A stretch of DNA of 64,000 bases from Bacilli bacterium (lineage in GTDB: Bacteria; Bacillota_I; Bacilli_A; RF39; UBA660). Position 1 is the stretch's first letter; each line of letters begins with the position of its first letter. Both the position numbers and the translations under genes were made by a program. The notes below the pieces were generated by a model that was not told the origin of the DNA, did not search any database, and was given only the letters and a program-made list of their open reading frames with translations. The stretch lies in contig JAVBQF010000010.1 of NCBI GenBank assembly GCA_031549195.1, forward strand, positions 1,443 to 65,442, written 5' to 3'. Below, in pieces: positions 8,056-15,603 of this stretch.

Positions 8056-9243
8056 CTACTTACTATTTATGTTATTTTTTAAAAAATTTATGACCATGTT
8101 CTTATACTCGTTATCGAAAGGTACAAATAAATCTGAATAAAATAGATTTTTAAACTCTGCCATAGATAACCATTTTACTTCTGCAACTTCTTTTTCTTGA
8201 AGGTGCATATCTTTTATATTTAAATCTAGTTTTAACAAATATATTTGAGCAATTTCCCAAGATTTATCAGCTATAAATTCTCCAATATATAAGTAATCGA
8301 CCTCTTTAGTTTTAATTCCAAGTTCTTCTTCAGTTTCCCTGATAGCCCCCATAATAGATGATTCACCTGCTTGAACATGTCCTGCACTTGGCATATCCCA
8401 ATAATTTGGATATTTCTTTTTTGTTTCAGCTCGCTTTTGTACTAATACTTGTCCATCAGAATTTATAATCCAAACCCACACAGGTTTATGATAAAATCCA
8501 GGATTATTACTATGACAAATTGATTTTTCTTTAGTACCCAAATGCTCTCCGTCCCGTGTATAAATATCAAAAATTTCATCATTATTCAATATTTCCATTC
8601 TCCCATTTAAAAATAAGTAATGAACGCCTACATTAGTAACCTTATTATTTTCTATTTTAATCATAGAATAGTCTGGTAATCCAACAATGGGCATTTTTTT
8701 TGAATATAATAATGCTTCTTTTACTCTAGACTTATCACTTACATCAAAATGTGGATCAATTGTGATATCAATTAAACCTAAACCATCATATATTATCGTT
8801 TTAGGATAGTCGTCATCTTTTGAGTAAAAAGATTTTTTACCTAAATTCATGCTCCCCGCACTTAATCCTAATATTATTCCATTATAATTTTCTAAAAAAT
8901 CTTTATAACCGTTATCTCTTATATAGTTTTTTTGTATAAAAGGATCCCCACCTTGAAGATAAATAATATCAGCTTTTTCTAACAATTTTAGACCATCCTC
9001 TTTAGGAGTTCTGCCATCTATCATATAGAATTCTTTTAAATCACTAAATCCAAAAGTTTTTTCTACTCCTAACATTGATTCATCTCCATAAAAATAAGTA
9101 TCATTTTTTTCAAATTCTCTTCTTGCACCAATTGATACTAAAATGTTTTTTCCTTTTAAATCTTCCTTGAGTTGGTGTTCAATCTCTTTTCCAAACATTC
9201 CTTTTATTTTGTCTCCACCACTTAATAAATATATTATTGCCAT
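8056..9243 (-). CDS. Peptidase E (S51 family) - Nudix hydrolase fusion protein
   Basis: N-half IIYLQGGD, GLSAGS, IDPHF; C-half Nudix box GHVQAGESSIMGAIRETEEELG; start ATG 9243 behind AGGTGA. Confidence 0.88.
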   Translation of the reverse strand: MAIIYLLSGGDKIKGMFGKEIEHQLKEDLKGKNILVSIGARREFEKNDTYFYGDESMLGVEKTFGFSDLKEFYMIDGRTPKEDGLKLLEKADIIYLQGGDPFIQKNYIRDNGYKDFLENYNGIILGLSAGSMNLGKKSFYSKDDDYPKTIIYDGLGLIDITIDPHFDVSDKSRVKEALLYSKKMPIVGLPDYSMIKIENNKVTNVGVHYLFLNGRMEILNNDEIFDIYTRDGEHLGTKEKSICHSNNPGFYHKPVWVWIINSDGQVLVQKRAETKKKYPNYWDMPSAGHVQAGESSIMGAIRETEEELGIKTKEVDYLYIGEFIADKSWEIAQIYLLKLDLNIKDMHLQEKEVAEVKWLSMAEFKNLFYSDLFVPFDNEYKNMVINFLKNNINSK

Positions 9244-9306
9244 TATAATCACCTAATTTAATTATACACTATTTAATAAAATTATTTTAGTCAATGTATC
9301 AATTAA

Positions 9307-9387
9307 GGACCAAAATTGTACATTTAGATGACTTTTTATGTTTTTTTTTGTACCATTTTTGTACTATTTCTGTACCAAAAATGTACC
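9307..9387 (+). repeat. Right array of TGTACC-like hexamers with exact 11-bp period
   Basis: TGTACC 9349, TGTACT 9360, TGTACC 9371, TGTACC 9382; preceded by GACCAAAAT..TGACTTTTTATG, also present at 7982-8014. Confidence 0.85.
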
Positions 9388-9466
9388 TTTTTCAGACTAA
9401 TTTTTATCATATAGTTTTTGTAACACTCAATTTTTTTGTTTTTTTTGAAAGAATGTTTTTAACTAA

Positions 9467-9487
9467 ACAGTTTGTATTATGTTCACA
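9467..9487 (-). repeat. Right copy of the 21-bp inverted repeat
   Basis: ACAGTTTGTATTATGTTCACA. Confidence 0.95.
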
Positions 9488-9564
9488 TGTCGCCGATACG
9501 TGGGGTGCTCAAACTGTATTCATAAATCGCCAGTTTCCCTTGTATTTCAAGAAAAATAGCATAG

Positions 9565-9592
9565 AAAAAGCCAAACTGTTTTTCAGTTTGAC
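9565..9592 (-). terminator. Current tRNA-His terminator
   Basis: CAAACTG-AAAAA-CAGTTTG followed by GCTTTTT on the minus strand. Confidence 0.75.
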
Positions 9593-9604
9593 CTAAATAC
9601 CTAA

Positions 9605-9681
9605 TGGGGCGAATGATGGGAATCGAACCCACGAATACCAGAGCCACAATCTGGCGTGTTAACCACTTCACCACATTCGCC
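9605..9681 (-). tRNA. tRNA-His (GTG)
   Basis: G-1; acceptor GCGAATG/CATTCGC; anticodon GTG at 9645-9647; GGTTCGATTCC T-arm; encoded CCA. Confidence 0.97.
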
Positions 9682-9802
9682 ATGTGTAACAATAATTCTA
9701 TCAAAAAAAAGAAAATTTATCAAGTCTTTTATTTTACCTTCACACTCTTTAGAATAAAGCATGTAGTTAGTTCATTCTATTCATAAGAAGTGAGGTGTAT
9801 GT

Positions 9803-10978
9803 ATGCGTAGTGTAGGAACAGTTGCAAGAGGTATTAGGACTCCTTTGATTCAAATAGGAGATGATTTAGTAGATATAGTTGTTAACAGCTTATTAGAAGC
9901 ATCTAGTAATGAAGGTTTTGAATTTAAGGATAGAGACATTGTTGGTATTACAGAATCAGCTGTAGCAAGAAGTCAGAGAAACTTTGCAACAATTGATCAA
10001 ATGGCAAAGGACATAAAAAGAAAATATCCATCTGGTGATATTGGAATTATATTTCCAATAATATCAAGAAATAGATTTTCAACCTTATTACAAGCTATAG
10101 CAAATGGCTGTGATAAACTTTATATAATGCTTTCATATCCATCTGATGAAGTAGGTAATGAGTTAATTACTTGGGATATGTTGGACAAAGCAGAAGTTAA
10201 CCCTTACACTGATGTATTATCGGAAATAGAATATAGAAGATTGTTTGGCTATGAGTATAAGCATCCATTCACTGGACTTGATTATGTAGAATACTATAAA
10301 AGCTTTGGAGAACATATAGAAATAATATTTGCTAATGATCCAAGAAGCATTTTAAAATATACTAAAAATGTATTATGTTGTGATATACACACAAGACATA
10401 GAAACAAAAGAATATTAAAAGCATCAGGTGCTGAAATCGTTTATGGACTTGATGATATTCTAACAGAGAGTATAGATGGCAGTGGATATAATGAGCAATA
10501 TGGACTTCTTGGTAGCAATAAATCTACTGATGCTTCTGTTAAATTATTTCCAAGAGATTGTGAGGCAATAGTTTATGAAATACAAGATAGATTATATAAA
10601 GCTACAGGAAAGCAAATAGAAGTCTTAGTATATGGTGATGGAGCTTTTAAAGATCCTGTTGGTGGTATTTGGGAACTAGCTGATCCAGTAGTGTCTCCAG
10701 GATTTACCAAAGGGCTGATAGGTACTCCTAACGAAATAAAGCTTAAATATGTTTTGGATAATGAGCTTGCTGATAAATCTAAAGAAGAAGCTTTATCAGC
10801 ACTAAACACAGCCATCAAATCTAAAAATAATAATTTAGGTGATAAAGCATTAGGTACAACCCCTAGACAATATACAGACTTAATAGGAAGCTTATGTGAT
10901 CTAATGAGCGGAAGTGGAGACAAAGGAACACCGGTAGTTCATATTTCTGGATATTTTGATAATAGAGCAACTGAATAA
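9803..10978 (+). CDS. Coenzyme F420-0:gamma-glutamyl ligase (CofE)-like family protein
   Basis: GTVARGIRTPLI..GDDL, GITESAVAR, DLIGSLCDLMSGSGDKGTPVV. Confidence 0.85.
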   Translation: MRSVGTVARGIRTPLIQIGDDLVDIVVNSLLEASSNEGFEFKDRDIVGITESAVARSQRNFATIDQMAKDIKRKYPSGDIGIIFPIISRNRFSTLLQAIANGCDKLYIMLSYPSDEVGNELITWDMLDKAEVNPYTDVLSEIEYRRLFGYEYKHPFTGLDYVEYYKSFGEHIEIIFANDPRSILKYTKNVLCCDIHTRHRNKRILKASGAEIVYGLDDILTESIDGSGYNEQYGLLGSNKSTDASVKLFPRDCEAIVYEIQDRLYKATGKQIEVLVYGDGAFKDPVGGIWELADPVVSPGFTKGLIGTPNEIKLKYVLDNELADKSKEEALSALNTAIKSKNNNLGDKALGTTPRQYTDLIGSLCDLMSGSGDKGTPVVHISGYFDNRATE

Positions 10979-11020
10979 TCCCAATTGGGATTTTTTCTTA
11001 TGTTTATAGACTAATTCCCT

Positions 11021-11049
11021 ATATCATCTAGTACATATGTCATAGATTA
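11021..11049 (+). promoter_or_regulatory. SigE/SigK-type sporulation promoter of the cotJ operon
   Basis: ATA-17 bp-CATAGATTA just before the GGGAGG RBS. Confidence 0.55.
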
Positions 11050-11065
11050 TACCAGGGAGGAAGTT

Positions 11066-11509
11066 ATGAATATCTACAATAATGAATATATGTATAATGA
11101 TTTTGTGAACACGCCTAATGTTCCAAATACTAATAATGAGATGATGGTAAATAGTAACTTATATGGTCCTTATGAGGGATTTGTAAACGGAAATATGTTT
11201 AGAGATTTATATAGTCCATATAGAAACTATCAGCCAAAACAATTAATACCAACAAATGAAGAGGAGGAAGCTCTTTTAAATTTAGGACAAATGGGATTTG
11301 CAATGCATGAGATGAATTTGCTTCTAGATGTGTACCCAAATGATGAAAGAGCAATGGAAGAATATAGAAACTTTAGAAACAGTTATAATGAACTTTTAAC
11401 TAATTATCAACAAAGATTTGAAGCATTAAATGTTAATAGCGAACATTTAAATAATACTCCATTTGGATGGGAAGCAGAAGTATGGCCATTTGATAGGAGG
11501 GATTTCTAA
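11066..11509 (+). CDS. cotJB: Spore coat protein CotJB with N-terminal CotJA-like segment
   Basis: LYGPYEGFVNGNMFRDLY.PY, then FAMHEMNLLLDVYPND...FGWEAEVWPF. Confidence 0.85.
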   Translation: MNIYNNEYMYNDFVNTPNVPNTNNEMMVNSNLYGPYEGFVNGNMFRDLYSPYRNYQPKQLIPTNEEEEALLNLGQMGFAMHEMNLLLDVYPNDERAMEEYRNFRNSYNELLTNYQQRFEALNVNSEHLNNTPFGWEAEVWPFDRRDF

Positions 11510-12069
11510 TGTTTTCATATAGTAAAAGATTACAATATCCAATAAACATCAAAAATAAAGACTTAAGAATGGCTAAATATTTAGTTACACAATATGGAGG
11601 ACCTAATGGAGAATTAGGAGCAGCACTACGCTATTTTAATCAAAGATATAATATGCCTGATAATAGAGGAAAATCACTTTTAACTGATATAGCTACAGAG
11701 GAGCTAGGGCATGTCGAAATGATTACCACAATGATATATCAATTAGTACAAGGTGCTACTGTAGAAGAAATGGAAAGAGAAGGACTTGGCAGTAACTTTG
11801 TAGAGCATGGATTTGGAATGTTTCCTACTGACTCAAATGGAGTACCATTTGGAGCGCATTTTGTAACAACAGGAGACTATCTAGCAGATTTATCAGAAGA
11901 TATGGCTGCAGAAGAAAAAGCAAGAGCAACCTATGAAAATTTAATAAATATGACAAATGACCCTGATCTCATTGAACCTCTTTTATGGTTAAGACAAAGA
12001 GAAATAGTTCATTTTAAAAGATTTGAAGAACTTTATAATATATATAAAAAAGAACTGCCAAACAGTTAA
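11509..12069 (+). CDS. cotJC: Spore coat manganese catalase CotJC
   Basis: YSKRLQYPI, QYGGPNGELGAALRY, DIATEELGHVEM, EDMAAEEKAR, REIVHFKRF. Confidence 0.95.
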   Translation: MFSYSKRLQYPINIKNKDLRMAKYLVTQYGGPNGELGAALRYFNQRYNMPDNRGKSLLTDIATEELGHVEMITTMIYQLVQGATVEEMEREGLGSNFVEHGFGMFPTDSNGVPFGAHFVTTGDYLADLSEDMAAEEKARATYENLINMTNDPDLIEPLLWLRQREIVHFKRFEELYNIYKKELPNS

Positions 12070-12075
12070 AAGATT

Positions 12076-12110
12076 AAATACTTTTCACAACATTGTGAGA
12101 GTATTTTTTT
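12076..12110. terminator. Bidirectional terminator
   Basis: AAATACTTTTCACAA-C-ATTGTGAGAGTATTTTTT imperfect stem between convergent genes. Confidence 0.7.
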
Positions 12111-13068
12111 ATAATCCTTTTAAGCAGTTATTTGCAGCTTTCAAATATTTAACAGCATTTTTCTTGGCACTAATAGTCTCACCAGCAAATAGTACATAAT
12201 CAGCACCGTCACAAACAGCTCTCATAAAATCATTCCTATCCGCATAAGTTGGCTGTTCTTGCCATCTTAAACTCTGAAAAAAGTTCGATGCCACTACAGC
12301 AGGCTTTCCATCACTATGTGCTTGTGTTATAATTCTTTTTTGAACATCAGGAATAGCTTGTTTACCTATAGTAACTGAAAGATCACCTCTTGCAACCATT
12401 AATAAATCACTATTTTCTGAAATTGCTTGTAAATTTTCTATAGCACTAGGGTTTTCTATTTTACCAATAAGTTTTATCTTAGATCCTTCAGTATGGTTTC
12501 TTAATAAAGCAATATCAGAAGCGTCTCTTACAAATGAGGCTCCAATATAATCAATACCACCCTTTAATGCTAACTTTATATATTCTTCATCACTATCTCT
12601 AAAATATGGAGCATTTAATTCGAATCCCTTAATATATGCCCCACTTTTATCATAGAAATCATTAAACTTTCCTTGTGGAACTGCAACCTTTTTATCACCT
12701 TTATCTATTACTACAAGAACTGTTCGTCCATCTCTAATACTTATAAACGTGCCAGGTGTTAATTTATCTAAGTCACCAAAGCTAAAAGAAAAGTCTTCTC
12801 CAATAGTATAAAAGTTTTTAATACCTATTGCTCTATCACTATCTGCTACAATTCTTAATTTAGGACCTTGTATATCTAATTCTATTTCTAAATTCACTCC
12901 AAGTTTTGCATTTAAATCACTAGCATTATCTACAAGACTTTCAATATTACAGTTAGGATGAGCAGTGTTAACTCTAACGATTCTCATACCGTGTTCATAT
13001 AACGGTGCCAAACATTCATAATTGTTAGCAGATTCATCTAGTGAACAAATATACTTAATATTACCCAT
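12109..13068 (-). CDS. Divergent pyruvate kinase-like protein lacking the C-terminal domain
   Basis: DIQGPKLR, DYIGASFVR, GKIEN, LMVARGDL, DGADYVLFAGET; only 319 aa. Confidence 0.85.
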   Translation of the reverse strand: MGNIKYICSLDESANNYECLAPLYEHGMRIVRVNTAHPNCNIESLVDNASDLNAKLGVNLEIELDIQGPKLRIVADSDRAIGIKNFYTIGEDFSFSFGDLDKLTPGTFISIRDGRTVLVVIDKGDKKVAVPQGKFNDFYDKSGAYIKGFELNAPYFRDSDEEYIKLALKGGIDYIGASFVRDASDIALLRNHTEGSKIKLIGKIENPSAIENLQAISENSDLLMVARGDLSVTIGKQAIPDVQKRIITQAHSDGKPAVVASNFFQSLRWQEQPTYADRNDFMRAVCDGADYVLFAGETISAKKNAVKYLKAANNCLKGL

Positions 13069-13161
13069 AAAATCACCCTTTAAATGCCGATTATTATACC
13101 ATAATTTATAAGATATAGCAAATAGATTAAAAATAGTGTATTATACATGTGGTGATATATT

Positions 13162-13905
13162 ATGGAAAAAACTGTATTAATAACAGGTGCTGCAACAGGA
13201 ATAGGTAGGGCAACTGCAAAAAAATTTGCCAGTAATGGATGGAATGTAGTAATACATTATTTTAATAGTGAAGAAGATGCTAAAGAGTTAAGTAGAGAAT
13301 TATTAAATAAATATAATATTAAAACTTATTTATATAAAGCTGATATTAGAGAAGAAAAAGAAGTTATAGATATGGTATCTGATATAGAAGAAAACTTTGA
13401 CCATATTACTTCTTTAATTAACAATGCCGCTATATCATTTGATTGTTCAATAGAAGATAAGACAGTAACTAATTTTAAAAAGATCATAGATACTAATATA
13501 ATTGGTCCATTTTTAATGAGTAAATATGTTGGAAAGAGAATGTTTAATAGAAGTAATTGTTCTATTATCAATATCGCATCTACTAATGGAATAGATACTT
13601 ACTATGTTGAATCAATGGATTATGATGCTACAAAAGCAGCCTTAATATCATTGACTCATAACTTATCATTGCAATATGCTCCAAATGTGAGGGTTAACTG
13701 CGTTGCCCCAGGATGGGTAGCTACTGATTTTGTTTCTAATAATATAGATGATTATTATAAAAGACAGGAAGAAGATAAAATATTTTCTAAAAGATTTGCA
13801 AAACCTGAAGAGATTGCTAATGTTATATATTTCTTAGCAAGTGAAGAAGCAAGCTATATCAATAATGAAGTTATAAGAGTAGATGGAGGTACATATCATG
13901 CCTAA
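13162..13905 (+). CDS. SDR family oxidoreductase (FabG-like)
   Basis: TGAATGIG, LINNAA, YDATK, VNCVAPG, VDGG. Confidence 0.93.
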   Translation: MEKTVLITGAATGIGRATAKKFASNGWNVVIHYFNSEEDAKELSRELLNKYNIKTYLYKADIREEKEVIDMVSDIEENFDHITSLINNAAISFDCSIEDKTVTNFKKIIDTNIIGPFLMSKYVGKRMFNRSNCSIINIASTNGIDTYYVESMDYDATKAALISLTHNLSLQYAPNVRVNCVAPGWVATDFVSNNIDDYYKRQEEDKIFSKRFAKPEEIANVIYFLASEEASYINNEVIRVDGGTYHA

Positions 13906-15130
13906 TATAAAAGAGTTAGTAGATAATTGTGAAGAAAGATTAAAAGATATCTTTAAAAGAGTAGATGAAATTAATTTTTTAAATAGTAAAAAAGTATTAG
14001 ATGCATTTCATAATAATAGAGTATCAGAAACTGATTTTATTTCTACAACTGGATATGGATATAATGATATGGGGAGAGATAAGATAGAGAGAATATATGC
14101 AGATATATTTAAAGCAGAAGATGCTTTAGTGCGTAATCAATTTATTTCAGGTTCGCATGCTTTATCAACAACTTTATTTGCACTTCTTCGCCCAGAGGAT
14201 ATCCTTTTGTCTATAACAGGTAAACCGTATGATACTTTAGATGAAGTCATAGGAATAACACAAAATGCTAGTTCTTTGCAATCATTTAATATTAAATATA
14301 TGCAAATAGATTTAATAGATGATGATTTTGATTACAATAGTATAAAAGAAGTTTTAATGAATAATAAAATAAAAGTAATAGAGATTCAAAGATCGAAAGG
14401 GTATTCAACTAGAAAAAGTATTTCAATAAATAGACTAGAGAAAATAATAAGCTTTATAAGAGATATTGATAAAGAAGTTATTATAATGATAGACAATTGT
14501 TACTGTGAGTTTGTAAGCGAAAAAGAACCAATTGAGATAGGTGCAGATATAGCTGTGGGATCACTTATTAAAAACTTAGGTGGTGGTATTGCTAATAATG
14601 GAGCCTATGTCGTTGGAAATCATAATCTAATAGAACTTGTAGCAGAAAGATTAAATCTCCCAGGAGAAGGAAGAGAAGTAGGCCCTTCACTTGGTGCTAA
14701 TAAATTGTTTTTGCAAGGCCTTTATATGGCACCATCAGCAGTATCCTCAAGTGTTAAGACATCCATATTGACAAGTCTAGTAATGCAAGAGCTAGGATAT
14801 AATGTTGATCCTTTATATAATGAAGAAAGAATAGATATAGTTCAAAATATTATATTCAATGATAAAAATCTTTTAATAAGATTTTGTCAGGGTATACAAT
14901 CAGGTTCTGCAATAGATTCTTATACTTTACCAATACCTGCTCCTATGCCAGGATACGATTCAGAAGTAATAATGGCATCTGGCTCTTTTGTTCAAGGATC
15001 TTCAATAGAATTATCTTGTGATGGACCTCTTAGAGAACCTTATATTGCTTACATGCAAGGATCACTTACATATGAATATGGTAAGTTAGGATTAATAAGC
15101 TCCTTGGAATATTTAAATGGATCAAAATAA
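13898..15130 (+). CDS. Methionine gamma-lyase family PLP protein (YnbB/aluminium-resistance type)
   Basis: TGYGYNDMGRD, ISGSHA, QRSKGY, DNCYCEF, GSLIKNLGGG, GSFVQGSSIELSCDGP. Confidence 0.93.
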   Translation: MPNIKELVDNCEERLKDIFKRVDEINFLNSKKVLDAFHNNRVSETDFISTTGYGYNDMGRDKIERIYADIFKAEDALVRNQFISGSHALSTTLFALLRPEDILLSITGKPYDTLDEVIGITQNASSLQSFNIKYMQIDLIDDDFDYNSIKEVLMNNKIKVIEIQRSKGYSTRKSISINRLEKIISFIRDIDKEVIIMIDNCYCEFVSEKEPIEIGADIAVGSLIKNLGGGIANNGAYVVGNHNLIELVAERLNLPGEGREVGPSLGANKLFLQGLYMAPSAVSSSVKTSILTSLVMQELGYNVDPLYNEERIDIVQNIIFNDKNLLIRFCQGIQSGSAIDSYTLPIPAPMPGYDSEVIMASGSFVQGSSIELSCDGPLREPYIAYMQGSLTYEYGKLGLISSLEYLNGSK

Positions 15131-15535
15131 TATGTTCGACAAATCAATGACAAATTGAATTTAGATAAAAAATGCTTTACATTGGAGCCTCTTTTTTACC
15201 CTTTTTTTACCAAGCTTTATTATAGGCTTAAATTGTGGGGTTTTGGTTTAAAAACAGAAAATAAAAAATGTTAAAATTTCAAAAATAGAAAAAACGAGAA
15301 AGTCTTAAACTTGAATTTTAAATATTTTTGGAAAAATAATAATAAAACGGTTTTATAATAAAATCCTTATTTTTCAACACAAAACGATTGTTAATAAATT
15401 AAAGTGATAAAACCAAAAAAGTGAAAAAGTAAAAAAATGTAAAAATGTAAAGTAACTAAAAATTAATTTTTTGCTAAATTCGTTTAATTATAAGGGTTTC
15501 GTTAAAGGAACATAAAAAACAATGAAAAAAGGGTG

Positions 15536-15564
15536 TTGACTTTCCTTTTTTTTAGTATTAAATT
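15536..15564 (+). promoter_or_regulatory. SigA-type promoter of nrdD
   Basis: TTGACT-17 bp-TAAATT; GGGAGG RBS downstream. Confidence 0.55.
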
Positions 15565-15603
15565 TATCTTAAAGAAGACAGCAGTAGGGAGGTATTTTAA
15601 AAA

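Larger units (their letters stand above)
7879..9610. mobile_element. Putative non-autonomous integrative mini-element at the tRNA-His 3' end
   Basis: ATGGGGC direct repeat at 7879-7885 and 9604-9610; internal 21-bp IR; TGTACC arrays at both ends; one cargo gene; no recombinase. Confidence 0.6.

Noticed and set aside
7970-9387. TGTACC arrays as a CRISPR array
   Set aside because: Units are 6 bp with 5-bp gaps; no 25-40 bp repeats with spacers and no cas genes
9460-9487. Chromosomal dif site
   Set aside because: TTATGTTCACA resembles a XerD arm, but there is no XerC-like arm, two inverted copies exist, and genes diverge rather than converge here
9461-9520. Integron attC site
   Set aside because: No proper RYYYAAC/GTTRRRY ends, single copy, no intI
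7887-9596. ORFs 7887..8093 and 9294..9596
   Set aside because: They run through the non-coding repeat arrays, lack an RBS and have low-complexity Phe-rich translations
9483-9786. ORFs 9483..9704 (-) and 9604..9786 (+)
   Set aside because: They overlap tRNA-His and are spurious translations of it
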